DNA of 41,443 nt from Candidatus Methanomethylicia archaeon (GCA_038845975.1 JAWBQF010000023.1:1-41443); one strand, 5' to 3'. Counted from the stretch's first letter, positions 31,277 to 41,228 are shown. Translations and numbers: made by a program. The notes: generated by a model from the letters alone, not told the origin.

Positions 31277-33301
31277 TCATTCTAACTTATTATTAACACT
31301 TCTAAACGCTTTCCTAAAGACTGCAAGTATAATTAATATAAATATGAATGCTAAGAAAATCTTAATGATTTCAATCATGGTTCCACGGCTTAATAATATT
31401 ACAATATTAACGACGTCTAGTCCATACTTAATATTTAAATTGATATTTTGAAGTAAATGTCTAGCATTAATATTTAAATTGCTTAAATGTATATTGTGAA
31501 CATAAACATATCCATTATCATCAGTATAGAATATTAGTTTACTTGAATTGGGGGGAGTTACTATAATTTCAGTATTATCAGCTGGATTACCGAAGACGTC
31601 TACTACTTTTATTATTAAATCTCCAACTATACATGGAATTTCAATAATTCCTGTTTTATTGACCTCTATACTTGTACGATTTAAATGTACATTTCCTCCA
31701 GCCCAAACGATACATTCAAAATTAATTAAGCCTGAATTAAGCCATAAATTATTAAAGTTAGATATAGATACTCTAGTATTGTTCTGAAAAATTATAGTAA
31801 TGAATTCTGGATTTATTATTGAGGTTCCATGTAGGTTTTTAAATATTAAACTTACACAGTATTGTCTATTCCACAATGCAATTATTCTTTTCGGCTTATC
31901 AACATTAATTACAAGACTAAGATCAGATGTACTTAAGTCTCCACTCCATCTTTCAAAAACGTAACGTACAGACTGATTATAGTAGTGAATATCACTATTA
32001 AGCCCAATATGTGCTGTTTTCCCCTCATCATACCAGCCATAACCATAGGGTTTACTATAATTTGAAATTACCTGTACTAAATATTGTGTTTGATAATGAA
32101 CATGTATGGAGGTAGGTATTGTTAATGTATATAGTAATGGTTGTGATTCGTATCTGTACCCACTACTTGTAGTAATCTCTTTAAGTACATACCTAACCTC
32201 ATCATTAAGATATATTATATCCGGAAAGCTTATATTTAACATATGATCTTTACAAATCCATGAAGCTATTTCCTCTTTAGAATTTAATTTTAATTTTTCA
32301 TTATTAATAAATATCGAAAACTCAATATTTTCCCTAAATCCAAAAGCTTTAACTCTTAACTTGTAATAGTACTTGTACATAGCAATTAATGTGATGTTTC
32401 CAGTAAGGTTTAATGTACATGTACTGTTCAAACACTTATTATTCCACATATAAAATTGTATTCTAGTATCATTACTAGTAAATTCTATAATTTCTTGAAT
32501 TGCTATGTTATGCATTCCTCCTATAATTAGGATTTCACATACTCCATGACTGTTTGTTTTTAGTTTATAAATGTCATCTATACTAACGTTAATGTTTTTC
32601 AAAGATCCACCAAACTCATCTATAGCTATAATTCTTAAATTACACGTAGTATTAGTTGTGTAGTACGTAGCTGTAATATGTACTGGCTTGTTCATATATA
32701 TTTTTACAGTATTGGTTAAATATGTTTGATTATAGTTGTCAATCCAAGACTTGAAAGTGTATGTTATACCATTATATTTAAAATTCTCAGGAGCAGATAA
32801 TACTACATATCTTTCAGTAAGCCATGTTTCAAATGGAGTATTACTAGTTTCTCCATCGATAAGTAAAGACTGACTAACCGGTGTTGTCTCAATTTTGAGT
32901 TTATGTTTAAGAGTGAAATATGCTTTAAGTTCTTTATCTCTCGGTATGACTATAATTATTGGATTATCTTTATGCCATGTCCGTCCACACCCATTTAAAA
33001 GCCAATATTGAAACTCACAACGACTATTATTGGAAATATAAAATACATTCTCAATATATACGCTATGAATACCTGTTTTAAGATTAACAGTGATTCCCTC
33101 ATTATTTTTAATCATTAAATGTTGTTCATACTCTGTTCCAGCATCAATTACAACCTGAATACCAGTAACTAGATCTCTAAACGTATACTCAATTTTTATA
33201 TTGAATTCCCATTCATCCGTACTGCCAAAGCATACCGAGCTATTATAACATGCTAATAGAAGTAGAACTAAAATTGCAACAGTAATATATAATGTTTTCA
33301 T
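31277..33301 (-). CDS. Large surface protein with repeated beta-sandwich (InlB-B-like/carboxypeptidase-regulatory-like) domains
   Basis: Signal peptide; repeated R..F..W motifs, GYGWYDEG, RYVFERWSGD; C-terminal TM. Confidence 0.87.
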   Translation of the reverse strand: MKTLYITVAILVLLLLACYNSSVCFGSTDEWEFNIKIEYTFRDLVTGIQVVIDAGTEYEQHLMIKNNEGITVNLKTGIHSVYIENVFYISNNSRCEFQYWLLNGCGRTWHKDNPIIIVIPRDKELKAYFTLKHKLKIETTPVSQSLLIDGETSNTPFETWLTERYVVLSAPENFKYNGITYTFKSWIDNYNQTYLTNTVKIYMNKPVHITATYYTTNTTCNLRIIAIDEFGGSLKNINVSIDDIYKLKTNSHGVCEILIIGGMHNIAIQEIIEFTSNDTRIQFYMWNNKCLNSTCTLNLTGNITLIAMYKYYYKLRVKAFGFRENIEFSIFINNEKLKLNSKEEIASWICKDHMLNISFPDIIYLNDEVRYVLKEITTSSGYRYESQPLLYTLTIPTSIHVHYQTQYLVQVISNYSKPYGYGWYDEGKTAHIGLNSDIHYYNQSVRYVFERWSGDLSTSDLSLVINVDKPKRIIALWNRQYCVSLIFKNLHGTSIINPEFITIIFQNNTRVSISNFNNLWLNSGLINFECIVWAGGNVHLNRTSIEVNKTGIIEIPCIVGDLIIKVVDVFGNPADNTEIIVTPPNSSKLIFYTDDNGYVYVHNIHLSNLNINARHLLQNINLNIKYGLDVVNIVILLSRGTMIEIIKIFLAFIFILIILAVFRKAFRSVNNKLE

Positions 33302-33648
33302 GATTACAGTTAATCAGTTTTACTCCATATTAAATTTTTCTAAATATTAAATTGCTCTGTAAATCTTAAATGTAGAAGCATGAGTAGTTAAATAGCTTAA
33401 GTTTAGAGCGGTTCTAATAGATATTTCTTGTATTATTCCATTGAAACAGCCATAAACTCAATATAGCTTTTTAAAACTTTATATTAAGCTTAGTGAAGCT
33501 TTCCGAACCAATAGGGAAAACACTAATCCTACATAATCATAAATTAGTGACTACGTAAATATAGACATAAACACTAGATACAGAATAATGCAACAATTAG
33601 TTAAGTCAAGTTTAGCTTTAATCTATATATCTTTAGATTCTACAAAAT

Positions 33649-34317
33649 GGCTTTGTTAACTTTAGATTTATTTGTGGTTTTTCTTCTTGTTTATGGTGTG
33701 TTTATGTCTAGAGTTGTTAGGTTTGTTAGGGAGAGGATACCGTTTACTTTAGTTGTTTATCTTATATATTTTGTTCTTCTAGAATGGCTTCAGATATTCT
33801 AAGTTTTATTGTTAATAGAAGTATTATTTTATGGTTTATCTTAAGCTTCTATTGATAGGAGGGATGTTAGATTTATAGTTGATCTATTGTAAATGTAGTT
33901 TAGAGTAGGGTTATTTATGTTGTATTTGAGCCGTTATTAAGGAAATTTTGTATGTATTGGTTTGCGATGTTTCAAATATACTTACATCCTAACATTAAAA
34001 GATTAGGGCTATCTATGGCTAATATAATTGTATTAAGTGATGGAGTACACCACTATAAAGATCATGTAGAATATGATTAAACATGATATAGTTTAACTAG
34101 AATTAGTGAAGAAAATAATGCATTAGGATAGAACTAAGCTATTCGATAACTATATACAATTATGAAGGATAAATGCGATAGTGAGCACGTATTAATACTT
34201 ATGAAGTCAATAGTATACTTACTAAACAAGACATGGATTAATAAAAAGATAAAGCTAAGAACTCATAGAAACACAAACTAAAATAGAGGTAATAAACATG
34301 CTTAAGTCAACAAAGCC
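33649..34317 (+). mobile_element. Decayed IS6-family element, family A copy 3 (opposite orientation)
   Basis: TIRs GGCTTTGTTAACTT / AAGTCAACAAAGCC; fragments MSRVVRFVRERIP, SSRMASDILS, DVRFIVD, VLSDG.HHYK. Confidence 0.82.
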
Positions 34318-34560
34318 TTTACTATATCCTGTTAGCTTTAGAAGCTTTATTTGGGATACTCTTACTTCGTATTTGTATAGTTAGTAGTTGTGACTTTTAA
34401 GAGGTTAAGAACAACCATTCTATTTGTGGGCTTTACTAACTTATTCGCTTTTAAATAAGATTGATATGTCTTAACCTCTCAACATCAGTCTTAACCTACC
34501 TAATCCATGAACTTTAGATATGGAAGTGCAGTATTTGATAGTTTAAATTCACAAGTATTC

Positions 34561-35193
34561 CTACTCTTCCTTAGAAGATAATGCTACTTTAGTTTCAAAT
34601 TCATCAATTGGTACTTGAAGATCTCCTGTTACAGGTATTGTTCCTCTTTCACGTAAAACTTGTCTAGCAAGAAGCCAAAAAATAAGAGCCAGGGCTTTTC
34701 TACCTTTATTATTACATGGAATTATTAAATCGACGAACTCAGGCATATTTTCTGAATCACAGAGAGATATTGTAGGTATGCCAACTCTTGAAGCTTCTTC
34801 AAGAACTTGTTTATCAGCCTCAGGATCAACTACAATTACAATTTCAGGTTCAACATATGTTTTAAGTAGTGGATTTGTAAAAGTTCCTGGTATGAACCTA
34901 CCAGTTATTGGTACAGCACCAGTAACCATCGCGAATTTTTGTACTGGTACTTGCCCATACAGTCTAGCTGATGCTGCAACAATATTATCTGGTTGAAAAC
35001 TTGAAATTAATTTTGCGGCCACTCTTATTCTTAAATCTGTTTTATTTATATCAAGTATAGATAGGCCATCAGGTCTTACTTTATATATAAATGGAGCCAT
35101 AGGGCCTGTCCTAATTCTTGTCCCAATATGTATTCCAGCTGTAAGATAAACTTCAAGAGGTACAAGTAGCTCTGTGGTAACTGTTATACCCAT
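34561..35193 (-). CDS. rps2: 30S ribosomal protein S2 (uS2)
   Basis: YLTAGIHIGT, GRFIPGTFTNP, IPCNNKG. Confidence 0.97.
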   Translation of the reverse strand: MGITVTTELLVPLEVYLTAGIHIGTRIRTGPMAPFIYKVRPDGLSILDINKTDLRIRVAAKLISSFQPDNIVAASARLYGQVPVQKFAMVTGAVPITGRFIPGTFTNPLLKTYVEPEIVIVVDPEADKQVLEEASRVGIPTISLCDSENMPEFVDLIIPCNNKGRKALALIFWLLARQVLRERGTIPVTGDLQVPIDEFETKVALSSKEE

Positions 35194-36455
35194 TAATTCA
35201 CCTCATATAAACTAAAAATTTTAGCTCTTTCACCAAGAACTTCTTCAATTCTTAAAAGTTCACATAACTTAACCATATGTTCACCACCAATAGTTCCAAT
35301 TTTAATTATTGGGCAGCCAGCAGCTACGGATATATGTGATATAGATTCATCCAAAGTTTCACTTAAATGATTGCTTATAATAGGTTTTAAGTTATGGTTT
35401 TTTGCAAATGATATCATATTCCAAGTATCTGTTAACGTACCAATTTGATTAGGATTAATTATTAGGGAATTAGTGCTTTTAAATTTAACTCCTTTGGATA
35501 TACGTTCAGTATTTGCAGTATATATATTATTTCCGCAAACTAGTATATTTGGAAATTCCTTCAATATTTTTGAAAAGCCCTCAAAATCATCTTCATATAG
35601 TGGGTCTTCAATATAGAATAAATTAAAGTCTTCTATAAGGCTTGATATAAAGGATATTTGTTCTTCAGATGTTAATTCAAAACCTTCATGTTGATAGATG
35701 TATTTGTTAAGCTTAGAGTCCCATAGATTTGCGGCGTCGAAATCTATACCTATTCCTATATCTAAATCAAATTCTTCATTGGCTTTTACACAAATTTCAT
35801 TAATAATTTTTAGTACATCTTTTATCTTAAGGTTTGTTATCCGAGCTGCCATATCACTATGCCCATTAACAAAGCCCAAATTATACTTTCTTAGAATATC
35901 TGGAATTTTTTTACGAATTGAAAGTATAACCTCTAAAGCTTCAGAGAAGGAAGAGGGGTTTTTAGGTATTATAAGTATTTCGTGTATATCAATTGATAAG
36001 TACTTAGTATATCTACTTTCACTTGCAATACCGCCAAGTGGAATGGGAAGAATGCATGCCATAGTTCCTCCTAAATGCTGAAATAATGGTACACCATGTG
36101 AATTTGCAGCTGCTTTGGCTACTGCAATAGAAGTCGCAATAGCTACTGAAATCCCAATTTTTGAGAAATTATTAGTTCCATCAAGTTCTCGAAGGATTTT
36201 GTCAATAATTTGCTGTTCATTAGCATCTAAACCTACAAGCTCAGGAGCTATAACTTCTTCAACTTCTCTTATAGCCATATCAACATCCCCATTTGGAAAT
36301 GCTATAGCTTTATATTTTCCAGTACCTATTTCACTTGGAGCAGATGCTCTTCCAAATCCACCTACAGTTACGACATCAACCTCGATTGTTGGATCACCAT
36401 AACTACTAAATATTTTCCGTGCATGTATGCTTTCAATTATTGTATCTTCATTCAT
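35193..36455 (-). CDS. Enolase-like protein, full length but lacking most catalytic residues
   Basis: Enolase fold motifs (LDGTNNFSKIG, IEDP, NQIGTLT, LLRIEE) with substitutions at catalytic and Mg-binding sites. Confidence 0.9.
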   Translation of the reverse strand: MNEDTIIESIHARKIFSSYGDPTIEVDVVTVGGFGRASAPSEIGTGKYKAIAFPNGDVDMAIREVEEVIAPELVGLDANEQQIIDKILRELDGTNNFSKIGISVAIATSIAVAKAAANSHGVPLFQHLGGTMACILPIPLGGIASESRYTKYLSIDIHEILIIPKNPSSFSEALEVILSIRKKIPDILRKYNLGFVNGHSDMAARITNLKIKDVLKIINEICVKANEEFDLDIGIGIDFDAANLWDSKLNKYIYQHEGFELTSEEQISFISSLIEDFNLFYIEDPLYEDDFEGFSKILKEFPNILVCGNNIYTANTERISKGVKFKSTNSLIINPNQIGTLTDTWNMISFAKNHNLKPIISNHLSETLDESISHISVAAGCPIIKIGTIGGEHMVKLCELLRIEEVLGERAKIFSLYEVN

Positions 36456-36460
36456 TTAAA

Positions 36461-36667
36461 TTACCTTCTTAGCCTAGACGTATGGACTGAAAATTGTTCA
36501 AGAAGGTTTACATGACTAAGAAACATTCTTCTACAACATATACGTGTAAAGCCTAAATCATCAAGGATTTTAGCAGGATTTTCACCATTCTGAATTCTTA
36601 AAGTGAATTCTTCCCACTTATCGCCTATAAGCTTCCCACATGTGAAACATCTGATAGGTATTATCAA
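36461..36667 (-). CDS. rpoN: RNA polymerase subunit Rpo10 (N)
   Basis: [12 protein letters not shown]...RICCRRM. Confidence 0.97.
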   Translation of the reverse strand: MIIPIRCFTCGKLIGDKWEEFTLRIQNGENPAKILDDLGFTRICCRRMFLSHVNLLEQFSVHTSRLRR

Positions 36668-36673
36668 TTAGTG

Positions 36674-37099
36674 TCACCTGTATGATTTTTGCCTTCTTCT
36701 TCTAGCTCCAGGTCCACCAAATTTTTTAGGCTCAGCTTGACGGGGATCACCAGCCAGCATTGTTCTATCATAGTTTATAAAATTAAGCTTAAGTGTTTCA
36801 TCTTCAGTCCATTTAATAAGAGCTCGGGCTATGGCCATTCTAGCAGCTTCAGCCTGCCCCATGAATCCTCCACCACTAACTTTAACATCAATATCAATAC
36901 TATTTCTAATACTTTCATCTAATAACAATAGTGGCTCCATTATTTTCCATTTTACAATTTGATTTTGAATAACTTCAAGTGGAACTCCATTTATTCTAAT
37001 TCTACCAATACCATTCTTAATTTGAGCAATAGCTTTTGCTGTTTTACGTTTACCAAAGGTTATTATTACTGCTTTCTTAACTGATGTTTTTAGACTCAA
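36674..37099 (-). CDS. rps9: 30S ribosomal protein S9 (uS9)
   Basis: [32 protein letters not shown]. Confidence 0.97.
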   Translation of the reverse strand: MSLKTSVKKAVIITFGKRKTAKAIAQIKNGIGRIRINGVPLEVIQNQIVKWKIMEPLLLLDESIRNSIDIDVKVSGGGFMGQAEAARMAIARALIKWTEDETLKLNFINYDRTMLAGDPRQAEPKKFGGPGARRRRQKSYR

Positions 37100-37103
37100 T
37101 TGA

Positions 37104-37538
37104 TCACCTTACGTAACCTAAATGTTTTACAAGTTCACTAATATATATGAATTTTGACGTCTCAGATTTTAGTTTAGCTTCATTTATAGTTTCAATGCTA
37201 ACATTCTTAAATTCTTCTGGTATACCTACATAAATTTTTAAGTGTCTGAATGCTTTTAAACCATGGGGTTTCCTACGGGGAAGCATACCTCTAATAGCTC
37301 TTTTGACAAAGAAGTCGGGTCTTCTTTGAAATTTATGTCCTCTCATCTCAGGATTTTTGTAGGTTCGCCAATTTAACCTTTTCTTATACATATTTATAAC
37401 CATATGTGGAGAACCCGTAATGACACATTTTTCAGCATTTACAATTACTATTTTTTCACCCATTAAGAGACGTTTAGCAACTATGGATGCCATTCTACCT
37501 AGTATGAGATTTGAGGCATCAATCACAGTTACTTTCAT
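37104..37538 (-). CDS. rpl13: 50S ribosomal protein L13 (uL13)
   Basis: [24 protein letters not shown]. Confidence 0.97.
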   Translation of the reverse strand: MKVTVIDASNLILGRMASIVAKRLLMGEKIVIVNAEKCVITGSPHMVINMYKKRLNWRTYKNPEMRGHKFQRRPDFFVKRAIRGMLPRRKPHGLKAFRHLKIYVGIPEEFKNVSIETINEAKLKSETSKFIYISELVKHLGYVR

Positions 37539-37542
37539 TTAA

Positions 37543-37917
37543 TCACCTTAATATAATTGTATTACTTCCATCAGGATTTATTTCTACAGCATCATACAGA
37601 GAGAGACACCTACCACCAGAAGACTCTATCTTTTCCTTTGCTTTCTTTGTGAATTTCAGGGCAGCAACAATTACAGGGTTTTTAATATCTCCATGTCCTA
37701 AAACAACTCCAGGTACAACAAGTATTTTGGGTTTTATTTTTAGGTTATCATATATTCTTGAAATCTTACCCACATTAACTTCTATACGTTTACGTCTTGG
37801 ATATTCAAGTAAATCTGCAGTTATTTTCCATATTTTAGCTCCACATTTCCTATATTTTTTCTTTAATAGGTCTATGAGTTTCCTGGTATAGATATTTGTA
37901 GGTCCTGTTCTCCTCAT
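37543..37917 (-). CDS. rpl18e: 50S ribosomal protein L18e (eL18)
   Basis: TGPTN, PRRKRIEVN..KI.R, VVPG.VLG.G. Confidence 0.95.
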   Translation of the reverse strand: MRRTGPTNIYTRKLIDLLKKKYRKCGAKIWKITADLLEYPRRKRIEVNVGKISRIYDNLKIKPKILVVPGVVLGHGDIKNPVIVAALKFTKKAKEKIESSGGRCLSLYDAVEINPDGSNTIILR

Positions 37918-38732
37918 TGGTTAATCACTATTTCTCTGATTTTAGAGGTTATCTTATTAAACTTATCAATTAATATATTGATTGCCGTTTCAAGAATATC
38001 ATCAACACTTAAGGCTCCTGTTGATTCAATAGCAAATATGAATTTATTGTTGTGTAATATGACATCTATAGCTTCTTCCTCACAAGTATTGATACACTCC
38101 TTACATGCAATACATTTAAACCAGTTATTAACCATAAGACTAGTTTTTCCTACTGTAAGTATTTTTTGGGGGCATGCTTCAACACACTTACCACATAGCG
38201 TACATTTAGATAGATCTATAATTATTTCAGGAGCATATCCATATGCAGCACATGATACTGGCTGCCATTTTGCATGGTGCTTGCCATAGCCAAGCTGAGC
38301 TATAGCTTCCAATTCTAATGATTCACCAGGGTTAAGTAGAACGATAGGTATATTTGAAGATACTGGAGAAATTTCAGGGTCTTCAGATATAAGATCCCCA
38401 GAAGTAACAAGTACTGGAGTATCTATGGCCTGTTTTTGAAGCGTAAACTTGACTTGACAGCTTGAACAGCCTTTACTATTACAATTAGGACATAAATCAA
38501 TTGGATAATATTTTTTCAAGTTTGTTTTTAATGGAATTAAGCCTAATCTATGAGCTATTATTTCATCAAATAAACTTGAGCTATTTTTGAAAAAAACAAC
38601 TTCATGTATAGCCATAACTGGAACTTCAGATATTAATGCTCTTCTTATTGTGTTTGCTAGTGTTGAATCTATACCTTCAATTATGAATTTAAGTCTATAA
38701 TTATCTTTTTCAAGTATTGATATCTTAACCAT
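37914..38732 (-). CDS. rpoD: RNA polymerase subunit Rpo3 (D) with ferredoxin-like Fe-S domain
   Basis: LANTIRR..SEVP..AI, NSS.LFDEIIAHRLGLIPL, HAKWQP, two CxxCxxCxxxC motifs. Confidence 0.97.
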   Translation of the reverse strand: MVKISILEKDNYRLKFIIEGIDSTLANTIRRALISEVPVMAIHEVVFFKNSSSLFDEIIAHRLGLIPLKTNLKKYYPIDLCPNCNSKGCSSCQVKFTLQKQAIDTPVLVTSGDLISEDPEISPVSSNIPIVLLNPGESLELEAIAQLGYGKHHAKWQPVSCAAYGYAPEIIIDLSKCTLCGKCVEACPQKILTVGKTSLMVNNWFKCIACKECINTCEEEAIDVILHNNKFIFAIESTGALSVDDILETAINILIDKFNKITSKIREIVINQ

Positions 38733-39128
38733 TTAAACCCTCCTTCCACGTTTACCTCCTGGCCTTCTTGTCGTATCATGAGGTATTGGTGTTACATCTT
38801 CAATTCTTCCTATCATTAATCCAGCACGTGCTAATGCTCGTATTGCTGCTTGAGCACCAGGACCTGGAGTTTTCGATTTATGCCCTCCAGGAGCTCTAAC
38901 TTTAATATGAATGCCTACAATACCTTTATCCATTGCCTCCTTAGCAGCTTTAGTTGCTGCTGTCATAGCAGCGTATGGCGATGGCTTTTCACGATCAGCT
39001 TTCACAACCTGGCCCCCTGAAGACCACGCTATCGTTTCAGCTCCTGATAAATCAGTTATATGAATTATGGTATTATTATAGCTACTATATATATGAGCAA
39101 TACCCCATAATCCTTTTTGTAGACTCAT
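38733..39128 (-). CDS. rps11: 30S ribosomal protein S11 (uS11)
   Basis: [37 protein letters not shown]. Confidence 0.98.
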   Translation of the reverse strand: MSLQKGLWGIAHIYSSYNNTIIHITDLSGAETIAWSSGGQVVKADREKPSPYAAMTAATKAAKEAMDKGIVGIHIKVRAPGGHKSKTPGPGAQAAIRALARAGLMIGRIEDVTPIPHDTTRRPGGKRGRRV

Positions 39129-39137
39129 TTAATCACC

Positions 39138-39626
39138 TTAACTAGGTTTAGATAAAATCAATAGTGACTCAATTGTTCCCTCTTCATTTATTGAAACTAA
39201 ATAACCTGGTGTTCTTACACGATAGCCATTAATCATTATATGTCCATGAGTTATTAATTGTCTTGCTTCGTGAATACTGCGAGCTAATCCTCTTCTATAA
39301 ACTATTGTTTGAAGTCTTCTTTCAAGAAGCATTTTAACATTAAGTCCAAGAACATCGTCAAGTGTTGCTTTTTCATTTATAATACCTAATTTGACTAGAC
39401 TTCTGAGAAATACTGTTTCTTTAAGTTTACGTTGTTCTGCTGGAAGACTAAGAAGTAACTTAGCTTGAGTTCTATATTTGTCTAGTAGCATCTTTGCCCT
39501 CCAAAGCTCTCTTTTATTTCTTAAACCGTACTCGCCAATTAAATTAAGCTCCTCCATCAATTGATCTTTTCTCCATGGATGTCTAGGACCCTTCCATTTC
39601 TTTTTAGATCTTTTAGGATCACCCAT
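39138..39626 (-). CDS. rps4: 30S ribosomal protein S4 (uS4); ORF extends to GTG 39635
   Basis: MGDPKR, YGLRNKRELW, LERRLQT, ARQLITHGHI. Confidence 0.97.
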   Translation of the reverse strand: MGDPKRSKKKWKGPRHPWRKDQLMEELNLIGEYGLRNKRELWRAKMLLDKYRTQAKLLLSLPAEQRKLKETVFLRSLVKLGIINEKATLDDVLGLNVKMLLERRLQTIVYRRGLARSIHEARQLITHGHIMINGYRVRTPGYLVSINEEGTIESLLILSKPS

Positions 39627-39635
39627 AGAAATCAC

Positions 39636-40088
39636 TTAACTTTTAGGTTTTCTAACAACTCCAACAGTCACTCCAGTTCTACCAGTTGTACGTGTAGATT
39701 GACCACGCACCTTTAGGCCTAAACTATGTCTAATGCCTTTCCAACATTTAATCTTTTTCATAAAATCAACATCCATCTTAATAGCTAATACGAGATCGGA
39801 ACCTATGAGGTGATGAGTATGCCCAGTTCTAGGTTCTTTGGGTCTATTAACGAACCAATTAGGTAGATTATATGATTCAGGAGATTGAAGAAAAGACTCA
39901 ATTTTTTTAATTTCAGCAGAATTAAGAAATCCAATTCTCTTATGCAAGTCAATATCTAATATTCTTAAGGCAGCTATAGCGGTGTTTATACCAATACCTC
40001 TAATTCGAGCTAATGCGTAGGCAACTTTAAGACTTCCATCCAGATCTACTCCAGCAAGTCTAACTATATGCTTATACTCATTTGACAT
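39636..40088 (-). CDS. rps13: 30S ribosomal protein S13 (uS13)
   Basis: IVRLAGVDLDG, GIRHSLGLKVRGQ.T.TTGR. Confidence 0.98.
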   Translation of the reverse strand: MSNEYKHIVRLAGVDLDGSLKVAYALARIRGIGINTAIAALRILDIDLHKRIGFLNSAEIKKIESFLQSPESYNLPNWFVNRPKEPRTGHTHHLIGSDLVLAIKMDVDFMKKIKCWKGIRHSLGLKVRGQSTRTTGRTGVTVGVVRKPKS

Positions 40089-40132
40089 TTAATATCACAT
40101 ATATAATTTAATTTTGACATAAGTAAGCAAAA

Positions 40133-40147
40133 CCTATAAACTTTTCG
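40133..40147 (-). promoter_or_regulatory. BRE/TATA promoter of the rps13 operon
   Basis: Minus strand CGAAAAG-TTTATAGG about 45 bp upstream of rps13. Confidence 0.6.
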
Positions 40148-40524
40148 CCTAAGAGGGAGAAAGACCTTAGTAATTTGTGAAGTTTTGTACTTCAGATTTA
40201 ATGTAGCTTAGGTATTTCTGCTGTTATGTTGAACTTGTGGTTTCTTCTTGGAAATGCTCTATGTTTGTTCTTCATGTTATGCATACCTATTGTCTAGGCG
40301 AATTTAGTTGTTTGAATCTTTCCCATATATGTTAGCTTAGATGTTTTGGTCATATTAGATATATTTCTTTCTTTAATGCTTGCCACATGTTTAAGTTATC
40401 ATACAGATACATTTACTCTTATTTACACTAGTGATTATAGGAAGCTGTTATGGAGTATTTGTTTGTCCATAAGCTCACCATTATATCATAAGTAACATAA
40501 ACACATATTCTATCCTTATTTAAT

Positions 40525-40578
40525 ACGTTAAATTAATGAAGTGGCTAATGTCAGTCACAAAAACCTTATTAAAGAGTG
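40525..40578. repeat. Right half of MITE M3
   Basis: ACGTTAAATTAATGAAGTGGCTAATGTCAGTCACAAAAACCTTATTAAAGAGTG aligns with ~29592-29644. Confidence 0.7.
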
Positions 40579-40705
40579 ATAAGGTCTTTAACACCATAAG
40601 TAATCTTTAACAGATCTGATAGCCTTCACTATAAATCACATCATAAGTAAAAATAGGGCTTTAAGTACTACATTAAATTTATATATTCGAGATTTTAATG
40701 AATTT

Positions 40706-41020
40706 ATGCCTAAAAAGAAGGTTAATCCAGAAGAATTATTAAGATTCATGAGTGAGGGGCGAAAACTTAGTGAGATTGCAAGATATTTTGAAACAAGCAT
40801 ACAGGATCTGTACTATTGGCTAAGGAAATTAGGACTAAAGAAAAGAGAAGGAGTAGAAGAGATACTGCCACCTCCACCACCTCCACCATGTAGTGGAGCA
40901 AGATTTGAGGGGTACTCATTATCAAAACAGCCATTATTCAAATGTCCGCAATACAACATTAAGTTATCAATAAATGGGACCTTATGTTTAGATTGTAGCT
41001 TACGTGAAAAAGCCAACTAG
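40706..41020 (+). CDS. Small HTH protein with poly-Pro linker and Cys-rich C-terminus
   Basis: LSEIARYFETSIQDLYYWLRKLG (HTH), P7 run, C..C..CxxC. Confidence 0.75.
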   Translation: MPKKKVNPEELLRFMSEGRKLSEIARYFETSIQDLYYWLRKLGLKKREGVEEILPPPPPPPCSGARFEGYSLSKQPLFKCPQYNIKLSINGTLCLDCSLREKAN

Positions 41021-41175
41021 ACCACCATCATAGTCTAATATACTTTCAGCGTTTTATGGTAAAGTTAAATTTATGTATTTTAAGTTAAAACTAAGTTATT
41101 ATTTAAGAATATTGAACTAGCAAACATTGAAATTTTAAAATTAAATTTATTTAATAGTAACACTTAACTACTACT

Positions 41176-41228
41176 AGATGATGAATTTAGAGCCGGATGA
41201 TAAATGATTAGACGCTGAACGCTGATAA
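41176..41228 (+). ncRNA. Box C/D methylation guide sRNA
   Basis: C box ATGATGA 41178-41184, 12-nt guide, D' ATGA 41197-41200, C' ATGATTA 41204-41210, 11-nt guide, D box CTGA 41222-41225; TATA-like TTTATTTA at 41146-41153. Confidence 0.85.

Noticed and set aside
40150-40500. Possible further IS relic upstream of rps13
   Set aside because: Strand-biased composition only; no TIR pair or second copy identified
6261-41020. Genome-wide TAG recoding to pyrrolysine
   Set aside because: Many genes (tyrS, hisD, rps2, the methyltransferase, the DUF59 gene) end in TAG at their expected C-termini and none has an internal TAG
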